Origin: Candidatus Krumholzibacteriia bacterium | GTDB lineage: Bacteria > Krumholzibacteriota > Krumholzibacteriia > LZORAL124-64-63 | Length of the DNA: 64,000 nt | Assembly: GCA_942492615.1 (NCBI GenBank) | Contig: CALOFL010000023.1 | Coordinates: 230,832-294,831 of the forward strand | Direction of reading: 5' to 3' | Shown here: one piece after another, positions 1-8,822 of the stretch | How positions within the stretch are numbered: the stretch's first letter is position 1 | Layout: every line of letters starts with the position of its first letter | Notes under the pieces: generated by a model | What the model saw: the letters and a program-made list of their open reading frames with translations, nothing else | What the model was told of the DNA's origin: nothing | Databases searched by the model: none | Translations under genes and position numbers: made by a program

Positions 1-43
1 TGCGACAAGCGCGCACACCTGGTGCCCACCCGGTAGGCGGGGC

Positions 44-820
44 TCAGAATATCTCGGCGAAGAAGTCCTTCATGGCGATCCAGGAGCGACGGTCGGCCGC
101 CGCGTTGTAGGCCGCTCCCTTGGCGGGATCGTCCCCGGCGCCCTTCTGGGTGAAGGCATGCACCGCGCCGGCGTACATGATCAGCTGGTAGTCCACCTTG
201 GCCGCTTCCATCTCCTCCAGGAATCCGTGCACCGCCTCCGGCTTCACGTAGGGGTCGACGGCCCCGTGGCAGACCAGGATCTTGGCCTCGACGTCGCCCG
301 CGGAAGCCGGCATACCCGTATCCAGGTTGCCGTGAAAACTCACCACGCCGGCCACGTCGGCGCCGCTGCGGGCCAGTTCGAGGACGCCCTTGCCGCCGAA
401 GCAGTAGCCGATCGCGGCCAATTTTTCGGGATCCACGTTGGACTGGCCTTCCAGCTGGGTCAGGCCCGCCTGCAAACGCGCCCGGTAGAGCGGCAGGTCA
501 CCGTAGAATTTTCCGGCCTGCTCGCTCGCTTCGGCCACGTTCGCCGGCCGGATGCCCTGGCCGTAGATGTCGGTGGCGAACGCGACGTATCCGAGGCCGG
601 CCAGCATGTCGGCCCGCATGCGTTCATTGTCGGTCAAGCCCATCCACTGGTGCACGACCAGAACCCCGGGCCGGGGGCCTTCGAGGGCGTCGTCCCAGGC
701 CAGATATCCTTCCAGAACGACACCCTCGTGTTCGAAGGTGACAACCTCGTTGACGACGGCGGCCTGGGCCGCTCCCGATCCCAGAAACCCCAGAGCAGCC
801 AGCATGACGATGGTCTTCAT
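44..820 (-). CDS. Secreted dienelactone hydrolase family protein (alpha/beta hydrolase). The ORF-track N-terminal extension was trimmed to MKTIVMLAALGF...
   Basis: Signal peptide MKTIVMLAALGFLGSGAAQA. DLH-like motifs (GYCFGG nucleophile-elbow region, HGAVD, YAGAVHAF). The ATG is at 818-820 on the minus strand. Confidence 0.75.
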   Translation of the reverse strand: MKTIVMLAALGFLGSGAAQAAVVNEVVTFEHEGVVLEGYLAWDDALEGPRPGVLVVHQWMGLTDNERMRADMLAGLGYVAFATDIYGQGIRPANVAEASEQAGKFYGDLPLYRARLQAGLTQLEGQSNVDPEKLAAIGYCFGGKGVLELARSGADVAGVVSFHGNLDTGMPASAGDVEAKILVCHGAVDPYVKPEAVHGFLEEMEAAKVDYQLIMYAGAVHAFTQKGAGDDPAKGAAYNAAADRRSWIAMKDFFAEIF

Positions 821-1006
821 CTTTATCTCCCAACGCTGATGAACGGTACGGTCGGATCGCGCAGAATTTCGGGCAAATAAGGCCGACCCGCAACCGATGC
901 CGGGAGCGACGGCTGATTTTGGGAGCATATAGGACCGGTTTCCCTTACAATGTCGCGAATTCCGGAATCCCGTTCAACAGCCGCCATCTCCCCACAGGAG
1001 CCCCGC

Positions 1007-3646
1007 ATGTCCGCCTCCAGTTCGTTTGCCCACTACACCATCGCCGAGAAGATCGGCGCCGGCGGCATGGGCGAGGTCTTCCGCGCCACCGACAGCAAGC
1101 TGAACCGCGACGTGGCGCTGAAGATGCTGCCCGACACCGTGGCCCAGGATCCCGATCGCCTGGCCCGCTTCCGCCGCGAGGCGCAGGTGCTGGCCGCGCT
1201 GAATCATCACGGGATCGCGGGCATCTTCGGGCTGGAGGCCGAAGGCGACCGTTACGCCCTGGCCATGGAACTGGTTACCGGGCCAGACCTTTCGGCCCGG
1301 CTGCTCGCCGGGCCCCTGTCGATCGAAGAAGGCCTGCGCGTGGCGCTGGAACTGGCCGAAGCCATCGAGGCGGCGCACGAGAAGGGCATCGTGCACCGCG
1401 ACCTGAAACCGGCCAACATCAAGATCAACGACGAGGGCCGGGTGAAGGTGCTGGACTTCGGGCTGGCCAAGGCCCTGGCCGACGATCCGGCCGGCAGCGC
1501 CATCGACCCCGGGATGTCCCCCACGCTGACGGCCAACATGACCATGGGCAATGTCATCCTGGGCACGGCCGCGTACATGAGCCCCGAGCAGGCGCGCGGC
1601 ACCGAGGTCGACAAGCGGGCCGACATCTGGGCCTTCGGCGTGGTCGTGACCGAGATGCTGGGCGGCCGCAAGCTGTTTGCCGGTGAGACGGTGAGCGACA
1701 CGCTGGCTTCGGTGCTGCAGGCGCAGATCGATCTGGATGATCTCCCCGACGACCTCCCGGCCCCCGTGAAAAAACTCATCGGCCGTTGCCTGCAGCGTGA
1801 TCCCAAGCAGCGGCTGCGCGACATCGGCGACGCGCGGATCATCCTGCAGGAAGTGATCGCCGGAGAATACGAGGTGGCTGGCCAGGAGCCCGAGCCGAAA
1901 CGCAGCGGTTGGTTGCAGTACGCCATCATGGGCGCAGTGGCGGTTGCCGCCATGGCCGCCATGTACTTCTTCATGCCCGCCGGTGAAGACAAGCCCCTTC
2001 CCCTGCGCAAATTCAGCATCCCGATGGACCCGAAGGACAATTCGACCAACGTCGGATTCGATCCGAAAATCTCTCCCAACGGACAATACCTGGCCTACCT
2101 GAGTCACGGCCAGATCTGGGTACGCGACCTGGCCTCCCTGTCGGCTCGTCCGCTTGCCGGTACCGAAGGGGCCCAAATGCCTTTCTGGTCGCCGGACAAC
2201 GAATGGATCGGATACGCGACCACCCACGAACTGCGGAAAATCGACCGCAGCGGAGGCCAGTCCTCCATCCTCGCCCGGATTTCCGGCAACACATCACCGA
2301 ATAGCGCAGGCACCGCTGTGTGGAACCCCGACGGGACCATCTACTACACCACGGGCAACACCGGAATGCTGAAGTCTTCGGCACAATCGAGCGAAGTGAC
2401 CATGCATCAGACCCAGGCCGAGGGGGAAATCGACTTTCACGAGGTTTGCGCCCTGCCCGACGGCCGCGGCTGGATCTACATCGTTCACACCAAGGACGAC
2501 TACGGTTCGATGAGTGTTTTGACTCCCGCTGGAGAGGTCAAACAGGTGTTGGCCTACCCGGGCGACTCCCTCAACAGCCCAGCCTGGTCGCCTTCCGGTC
2601 ATATCGTTTTTGAACGGGAGCAGGTCGCCGGTGGCATCTGGGCCATTCCCTTTTCCCTCGATGAACTGGCCGTCACCGGAGAGCCCTTCCTGGTAGCGGC
2701 CGGCTGCAACAAACCAACCATTTCGGCTGACGGAACTCTCGTCTACGTGTCGGGAGTGAAACCGGGTCAGGTGCAGATCGCCTGGTACAACAGCCAGGGC
2801 GAGTTCATCGAACCGATTGCCGATATCATGACCACCCGGCCGTTCCCCTCCCTTTCACCCGATGGGACCCAGGTGGTCATTGCCGCCAATGCCGACGATG
2901 GCAGGGAAATCTGGCTGTTCGACACCACCAACGGCAACGAACGTCGTCTGACTTTCGAGGGCTTCCGTTGGGGAGAGGCGGGGTGGCACCCCGACGGCAA
3001 GCGAATCATTTCCGCCGTCGAGCCGGCCTATGACGCCTTTCTGATCACCCTGGACGGATCCGAGCCCCGCCAGGAACTCGGCTCCTCGGTCCTGTCGACC
3101 ATCTCGCCCGATGGGCAGACCTTTTTCTACTCCAAGCCGATCCTGTCAGGCGGGTTCAACTTCGACATCTGCGCCCGGCCCCTCGATGCGCCGGTAGCGG
3201 AGGAACGTGTCCTGGTCAATTCACCTGCCGTCGAGTGGTTTCCCCTGGCCTCACCCGACGGCAAATACCTTCTCTACGTTTCCGAGGAATCGGGACGCCA
3301 GGAGATTTACGCCACCACCTATCCCGGACTGGTCGGCCGGTGGCAGGTGTCACGCGACGGTGGCGGCTGGATGCGCTGGCGCGGCGACGGCAAGGAAATC
3401 TACTACTGCACCCACAACGAGATGTTCGCCGTATCGGTGGATTACGAGAACGGGTTCACGCTGGGTCGTCCCCGCAAGCTGTTCGACAGGCCGAGCACCG
3501 ACTGGTCGGCGGCCTGGCCTGACGGATTCGACGTGACCGCCGACGGACAGCGGTTCGTGATGGTCAGGCCGGTGTCCACGGAAGAGGATGCGAAGCCGGA
3601 GATCGTCGCGGTGCAGAACTGGTTTGCGGAGTTCGGGAGGGAATGA
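1007..3646 (+). CDS. Hanks-type Ser/Thr protein kinase with one TM helix and a C-terminal TolB-like beta-propeller (WD40-like) sensor domain
   Basis: Gly-loop GAGGMGEV, VALK, HRDLKPANI and DFGLA motifs. A TM segment (MGAVAVAAMAAMYFF). C-terminal repeats (SPNGQYLAY, WSPDNEWIGY, SPDGTQVV, SPDGKYLLY). AGGAG Shine-Dalgarno lies 6 nt before the ATG at 1007. The ORF track starts earlier, at 950. Confidence 0.8.
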   Translation: MSASSSFAHYTIAEKIGAGGMGEVFRATDSKLNRDVALKMLPDTVAQDPDRLARFRREAQVLAALNHHGIAGIFGLEAEGDRYALAMELVTGPDLSARLLAGPLSIEEGLRVALELAEAIEAAHEKGIVHRDLKPANIKINDEGRVKVLDFGLAKALADDPAGSAIDPGMSPTLTANMTMGNVILGTAAYMSPEQARGTEVDKRADIWAFGVVVTEMLGGRKLFAGETVSDTLASVLQAQIDLDDLPDDLPAPVKKLIGRCLQRDPKQRLRDIGDARIILQEVIAGEYEVAGQEPEPKRSGWLQYAIMGAVAVAAMAAMYFFMPAGEDKPLPLRKFSIPMDPKDNSTNVGFDPKISPNGQYLAYLSHGQIWVRDLASLSARPLAGTEGAQMPFWSPDNEWIGYATTHELRKIDRSGGQSSILARISGNTSPNSAGTAVWNPDGTIYYTTGNTGMLKSSAQSSEVTMHQTQAEGEIDFHEVCALPDGRGWIYIVHTKDDYGSMSVLTPAGEVKQVLAYPGDSLNSPAWSPSGHIVFEREQVAGGIWAIPFSLDELAVTGEPFLVAAGCNKPTISADGTLVYVSGVKPGQVQIAWYNSQGEFIEPIADIMTTRPFPSLSPDGTQVVIAANADDGREIWLFDTTNGNERRLTFEGFRWGEAGWHPDGKRIISAVEPAYDAFLITLDGSEPRQELGSSVLSTISPDGQTFFYSKPILSGGFNFDICARPLDAPVAEERVLVNSPAVEWFPLASPDGKYLLYVSEESGRQEIYATTYPGLVGRWQVSRDGGGWMRWRGDGKEIYYCTHNEMFAVSVDYENGFTLGRPRKLFDRPSTDWSAAWPDGFDVTADGQRFVMVRPVSTEEDAKPEIVAVQNWFAEFGRE

Positions 3647-3680
3647 TGGCTACGCAGGCGACCAGCCCGACGGGTACGAC

Positions 3681-5009
3681 ATGCCGCTGCTGACCCCCGG
3701 CGCCGTCGACGACCGGCTGGAAAAGCTCTACGGTCTCGTGGCCGAGGATGAGGATGCTCGCAGCTGTCGAGACCTCGACGATGACGCCTGCCGCTGGGTG
3801 CCGCGCAACTTCTTCGTCTACCTGATCAGCAACACCCTGACCACGCTGGGCGACGCCCTGTCCAGCCCCAAGACCGTGCTGGCCTGGGTCCTGACCTCGG
3901 TTGGTGCGCCCACGGCGCTGGTCGCCTTGCTGGTGCCGATCCGTGAATCCGGTTCCATGCTGCCCCAGCTCGCCCTCGGCGGCTGGGTGCGACGGCGCCC
4001 CCTGCGCAAACCCATCTGGCTGCTGGGCAGCCTGCTGCAGGCGGCCGCGGTTCTCGGCTGCGCGGTCGCCGCCGCTTTCCTGACCGGTGTCACCGCCGGG
4101 GTCGTGATCCTGGGCTGCGTGGTGGCCTTTTCCCTGGCCCGATCGCTGAATTCCATCGCCAGCAAGGATCTCGTCGGCAAGACCATCCCGAAAGGGCGCC
4201 GCGGACGCCTGGGTGGTCTGGCGGCCGGCGTCTCGGGCCTGCTGACCCTCGCGGTCGGCGCCTGGTTCACGCTGCGCGGACGGGGCGACGATAATCCGCT
4301 CTTCTACGCCGGACTGCTGGCCGGCGCGGGCCTGCTCTGGCTGCTGGCGGCCGCGGCTTTCAGCACCCTGGAGGAAATGCCCGGCGAAACCGCCGGCGGC
4401 GCCAACGGCTGGCGGGAAGCGTGGAGCCGCATGGCACTGCTGAAGACCGACGCGGACTTCCGCCGGTTCGTCGTGACCCGCTCGCTGCTCCTGTGTTCGG
4501 CGTTGACCGCCCCGTTCTACGTCGTCCTGGCGCGGCAGAACGGCGACACGGGCGCCGCGCTGCTGGGGACCTTCCTGCTGGCCGGGGGGCTGGCCGGCAG
4601 CCTGGCCGCGCCCTTCTGGGGCATCATGGCCGACACCTCGAGCCGCCGGGTCATGATCAACGCCGCGCTGCTGACGGCGGCGCTCGGTTTCGCCGCCTTC
4701 GCCACCCAGCAGTGGCTGCCCGCACTGGCCGCCCAGCCCTGGCTGTATCCCGTCTTCTTCTTCGTGCTGGGGGTCGCTCACGCCGGCGTGCGGGCCGGTC
4801 GCAAGACCTATCTGGTTGATCTGGCCGGCGGCGTCAAGCGCACCGACTACGTGTCGGTCAGCAACACGCTCATCGGCCTGGTGCTGCTGGCGGTGGGCGG
4901 TGTGACGAGCGTGCTCGCGTTCCTGCCGCCGGAGCATTTGATTCTCGGGCTGTCGTTGCTGGGACTCGGCGGCGCCGGTCTGGCGGCCTCCCTGCCGGAG
5001 GTCCAGTAG
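3681..5009 (+). CDS. MFS-type transporter
   Basis: About 12 predicted hydrophobic helices. Gly/Ala/Leu-rich with an MFS-like loop (GRRGRL). The start was chosen at the internal ATG (MPLLTPGAV) to avoid overlap with the upstream kinase, and is uncertain. Confidence 0.6.
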   Translation: MPLLTPGAVDDRLEKLYGLVAEDEDARSCRDLDDDACRWVPRNFFVYLISNTLTTLGDALSSPKTVLAWVLTSVGAPTALVALLVPIRESGSMLPQLALGGWVRRRPLRKPIWLLGSLLQAAAVLGCAVAAAFLTGVTAGVVILGCVVAFSLARSLNSIASKDLVGKTIPKGRRGRLGGLAAGVSGLLTLAVGAWFTLRGRGDDNPLFYAGLLAGAGLLWLLAAAAFSTLEEMPGETAGGANGWREAWSRMALLKTDADFRRFVVTRSLLLCSALTAPFYVVLARQNGDTGAALLGTFLLAGGLAGSLAAPFWGIMADTSSRRVMINAALLTAALGFAAFATQQWLPALAAQPWLYPVFFFVLGVAHAGVRAGRKTYLVDLAGGVKRTDYVSVSNTLIGLVLLAVGGVTSVLAFLPPEHLILGLSLLGLGGAGLAASLPEVQ

Positions 5010-5038
5010 GGGCGGCGGACCTCCGGAACGCACTCGGG

Positions 5039-7411
5039 TCACTCGAAGCCGGTCTTTCTTGCCATGGCCTGGAAGCGGGGATCATCCCCCAGCGCGTCCA
5101 GGTAGATATCCGGTAACAGCTTGTAGAAAACCAGGTTCGGTGACCGTTCGGCGAGCGACTGCTCGAGGCTCGCGATGGCCCCCTCCAGGTCGCCCAGGCC
5201 GAGCTGCGTGATGGCGACCAGCGAAGGGTCCACGTACTCCGAACCCGACCGGTCCTGCAACTGCGCCAGGCCGGCCCGGGCCTTCTCTGTTTCGCCACAG
5301 CGGGCGTAGGTGAAGTCGAGCCAGCAGCGGGCCGCCGGCGTGCTGCTGCCGGCCAGCAGGTCCTCGGCGACGGCCGTCGCGGCCAGGGCTTCCTCGCAGC
5401 GATCCATGTGCATCAGGGTCTTGGCCAGCTTGATGTGGCCCCAGGTCCAGTTCGGGTTCAGGTCCAGCGCCTTCCGGAAATAGTATTCGCTCCGGTCGTA
5501 GCGCTTGAGGGCCATGTAGGTGAAGCCCAGATCGTGCAGGGTCGAGATCGAGAGGGGATCGACGGCCAGCGCCTTCTGGTGCCACTCCACCCCCGCTTCG
5601 TAGTCCCCGCTGAAAAGCTGGAAATCCCCGAAGCCCGTCAAGGTCACCACGCTGCCGGGGCCCAGCTCGACGCCCCGCTGCAGGTCGGCCCGGGCCCCCT
5701 GCCAATCCAGGTCGAAGTACATCTTGATCAGTCCGGACGCCGTGAAGGCTTCCGCCAGATCCGGATCCAGCTCCATCGCCCTGGCGGCCGCCGCCCGCGC
5801 CAGGCTCACCGTCTCGTCGCGCTCGCTGCCCCGCAGAAAACACTGGTGGGTGTACGATTGGGCCAGACCCGCCCAGGCCAGGGCGTAACCCGGCTCCCGG
5901 TCGATGGCCTCCTTGAACAGATCGATGGCCTTGTCCATCTCCCGCATGGTGCCGACGGTGAATTCCCGGCCCTTGAGGTACAGGCGGTAGGCCTCGGGAT
6001 CGTCGGTGCCGTGGCTGGCCAGCAGGTCGGCACCCTCACCGGCCAGCTCGATCTTCAGGGTCTTGGCGATGGTGACGGTGATCTCGTTCTCGACCGACTG
6101 GACCTCGCCGACCGGCCGGCTGTACTTCGATCCCCACAGCTGGCGGCCGTCCCGGGCGTCGACCAGCTCGGTACTGATGTCCAGTTCGTCACCGTGAAGG
6201 ACCATCCGGCCGTACAGGATCGCGTCGACTCCCAGTTTCCGGCCGATGGTCTCGGGATCCAGATCGTCCCCCTTGACCGCGAAGGCGGATCGACGCGAGA
6301 TGACCCTCAGTTCTGCAAACTGGGCCAGGGTGTTGATCAGACTTTCGGTCACGCCGTTGCAGAGGTACTCGATCTCCGGGTCGTTCGTCGCGTTCTCGAA
6401 CGGCAGGACCACCAGAGCTCTCACGTCGGCGCTCGCGCGCGGGACCATGAAGTAGGCCGCGACCGCGACGACCGCCACGGCCAGGATCGTCAGCACGGGC
6501 ACCAGGGGCCGGCGTCCGGCCTTCACCGGGGGCGCCGCGCCGGCGACGGTCGAACCGGACTCGTTGGCCCGCTTGAGATTGCGTAGATCCACCAGCAGGT
6601 CGCGGGGTGTCTGGTACCGGTTCTCCGGGTCCTTTTCCAGGCACTTGCGGATGATGCGCTCGAGTTCTCCGGTCAGTTCGTGGTCGGCGCGGGCCGGAAC
6701 CGCGGGCGGATGATTCAGAATGGCGTCGATGGTGTCGACGGGGCCCGCACCGCCGAACGGCGGCTGGCCGGTCGCCATCTCGTAGAGGACCACCCCCAGG
6801 CTGAACAGATCGCTGCGCGTATCGACGTCCTTGCCGCGGGCCTGCTCGGGGCTCATGTAGCGCACGGTCCCCAGAACGGCGCCCGCGGCCGTCCGGGAAA
6901 GGGTCATCGTCTGCAGGGAGGGTTCTTTGTCCGCGGGGCCGGTCATCTTCGCGAGGCCGAAGTCCAGCACCTTGACCTCGGCGCGGGCCGTCAGCGCGAT
7001 GTTCGCCGGCTTGATGTCGCGGTGGATGACGCCTTTGCTGCGCGCCTCCTCCAGAGCGCCGGCGACCTGGATGGCGATCGCGATGATCTCGTTCTGCGCA
7101 AGCGCCGGACCCGCGAGGCGCTGGCCGAGATCGGGCCCCTCCACGTACTCCATGGCGATGAAATGGATGCCGTCCTGCTCACCGATGTCGAAGATCTGCG
7201 CGATGTTGGGGTGGCTCAGGGCCGAGACGGCCTTCGCCTCGGTGGCGAATCGGGCTTGGCGATGGGCGTCGTCCGCCAGGTCCGCCGGCAGGATCTTGAT
7301 GGCCAACTGGCGCTCCAGGCGCGGATCCCGCGCCAGGTAGACCTCGCCCATGCCGCCGGCTCCCAGCTTGCTGACGATCTCGAAGTGGCCGAGCTTGTCC
7401 CCCGCCTGCAT
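5039..7411 (-). CDS. Hanks-type Ser/Thr protein kinase with a TM helix, periplasmic TolB-N-like domain and C-terminal TPR repeats
   Basis: Kinase motifs GAGGMGEVYLARD, AIK, HRDIKPANI and DFGLAK. TM segment (LVPVLTILAVAVVAVAAYF). TPR-like C-terminus. The 178-aa high-GC N-terminal extension in the ORF track was rejected; the ATG is at 7409-7411. Confidence 0.8.
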   Translation of the reverse strand: MQAGDKLGHFEIVSKLGAGGMGEVYLARDPRLERQLAIKILPADLADDAHRQARFATEAKAVSALSHPNIAQIFDIGEQDGIHFIAMEYVEGPDLGQRLAGPALAQNEIIAIAIQVAGALEEARSKGVIHRDIKPANIALTARAEVKVLDFGLAKMTGPADKEPSLQTMTLSRTAAGAVLGTVRYMSPEQARGKDVDTRSDLFSLGVVLYEMATGQPPFGGAGPVDTIDAILNHPPAVPARADHELTGELERIIRKCLEKDPENRYQTPRDLLVDLRNLKRANESGSTVAGAAPPVKAGRRPLVPVLTILAVAVVAVAAYFMVPRASADVRALVVLPFENATNDPEIEYLCNGVTESLINTLAQFAELRVISRRSAFAVKGDDLDPETIGRKLGVDAILYGRMVLHGDELDISTELVDARDGRQLWGSKYSRPVGEVQSVENEITVTIAKTLKIELAGEGADLLASHGTDDPEAYRLYLKGREFTVGTMREMDKAIDLFKEAIDREPGYALAWAGLAQSYTHQCFLRGSERDETVSLARAAAARAMELDPDLAEAFTASGLIKMYFDLDWQGARADLQRGVELGPGSVVTLTGFGDFQLFSGDYEAGVEWHQKALAVDPLSISTLHDLGFTYMALKRYDRSEYYFRKALDLNPNWTWGHIKLAKTLMHMDRCEEALAATAVAEDLLAGSSTPAARCWLDFTYARCGETEKARAGLAQLQDRSGSEYVDPSLVAITQLGLGDLEGAIASLEQSLAERSPNLVFYKLLPDIYLDALGDDPRFQAMARKTGFE

Positions 7412-7541
7412 GATTGCACACCCCTGTGGTTCATCCGCCGCAGCAAAAAAATGAAGGCCGCCCCGGCGGCCGACGGCAGTATAGCACGGCCCTGTCGCAA
7501 CGACGAAAGCCATCGTTGACTTTGTCGTGGGCGTTGCGCCG

Positions 7542-8577
7542 TCAGGGACTCTCAGCCTCGCGCCGGCGCAGCAGGTAGTGACCGACGAACCACTCGTCTC
7601 CGCCCCGGTAGCCGAACAGCTCGGCGCAGGCCATGAAGAACACCCGCCACCGGACCCACCAGCGCTGGACCTGGTCCGGTCCGTAGGTCGCCGCCAGGAT
7701 GGGGCGCACCTGGTCCTCGTGAGCATCCATCCGGTCGAGCCACGCCTCACAGGTCTTCTGGTAGTGCAGGCCCGACACCCGCCAGCGTTCGACGACCTGC
7801 ATGTGCCCGGCGAAATGGTCCAGCAGATCGAACGAAGGCATGGTGCCGCCGGTGAAGAAATACCGGGCCATCCAGTCGTCGGGTCCTGCGGACTCGTAGT
7901 GGTAGGCGAACTTCGCGTGCACGAAGATGTGCACGAACAGCGCACCGTCGGGCTTCAGCCAGCCGGCGATGCGCCGCAGCAGTTCGCCGTAGTTCTTCAT
8001 GTGCTCGAACATCTCGATCGAGACCACGCGGTCGAACGTGCGCTCCAGCGCGAAGGTGTTGATGTCGGCGGTCCGCACCTGCGAGGTTGCCCAGCCCGCG
8101 GGCGGCGGCCTGGGCGGTGATGTATTCGCGCTGGGGGTTGCTGTTGGAAACGGCCAGGATCTCGGCGCCGGGAAACCTCTCCGCCAGATAGAGCGCGACC
8201 GATCCCCACCCGCACCCCAGATCCAGAATCTTCTGACCGTCGGCGATACCGGCGCGTTCGGCCGTCAGCGCCAGCATCCGCTCTTCGCTGTCGTCCAGAC
8301 CCTCCACTCCGGCGGGCCAGTAACCGCAGCTGTACTTGCGGTGCGCGCCCAGGACCGTGGTGAAGAACTCCGGCGGCAGCTCGTAGTGCTGTTCGTTCGC
8401 CAGGTCGGTGTGCGCCGCGATGGGCGAAGCCGCGAGCTCGGCGACGAAGCTCTTCATCCGCGCTGCGGGAGCGGCCGTCGTTTCCTGGGCCAGACGGTTG
8501 CGACAGCGGTTGCGGATCGCCTGACGGATCACGCGGTCGGGCACCCAGCCGCGGTCGAGGATGCTCTGGTACCACAT
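7542..8577 (-). CDS. Cyclopropane-fatty-acyl-phospholipid synthase family SAM methyltransferase, second paralog. It is interrupted by a +1 frameshift near 8082 (possible assembly error or pseudogene).
   Basis: The N-terminal part (MWYQSILDRGW...ILDLGCGWGSVALYLAERFPGAEILAVSNS) and C-terminal part (VRTADINTFALERTFDRVVSIEMFEHM...) lie in adjacent frames that join at ~8082. GGAGGA Shine-Dalgarno 7 nt upstream of the ATG at 8577. Confidence 0.7.
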
Positions 8578-8610
8578 CAGCGGTCCTCCGCCGGGGTGCC
8601 GGCGGCCGGC

Positions 8611-8651
8611 GGGGGGGGGGACGGGGGCGGGGGGCGGGGCGGGCGGGGGGG
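8611..8651. repeat. G-rich homopolymer tract cluster (G10, G5, G6, G4, G7) in the intergenic region between the two CFA-synthase paralogs
   Basis: Seen directly in the sequence: gggggggggg acgggggcgg ggggcggggc gggcgggggg g. Confidence 0.6.
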
Positions 8652-8822
8652 CGGCGGGCCCCAGGGACCGGCCAGTCCGAGGCACCGAAGCCGCCGTGCA
8701 CAGACGCCGTCGGCAGGTCTGCCCTTGCTGCCGGGATCTTTCTTGAAATTGACCAGTTGCCGGTCGGCCAACGACTCGCCGGCGACCCCGACGGCCCCCT
8801 GCCGGCGCACCGGTAACCTCCA

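Noticed and set aside
3564-5042. 492-aa minus-strand ORF antisense to the MFS transporter gene
   Set aside because: Arg/Gly/Pro-rich low-complexity translation typical of the antisense frame in high-GC DNA. The sense strand encodes a coherent multi-TM transporter.
8611-8651. Possible CRISPR or tandem-repeat array
   Set aside because: Only G homopolymers, with no repeat-spacer periodicity. No CRISPR arrays were seen anywhere in the window.
8577-8810. Proline-rich 77-aa ORF over the poly-G tract
   Set aside because: A translation of the homopolymer tract on the minus strand (poly-C gives Pro). The region is intergenic, with a GGAGGA Shine-Dalgarno for the downstream methylase.
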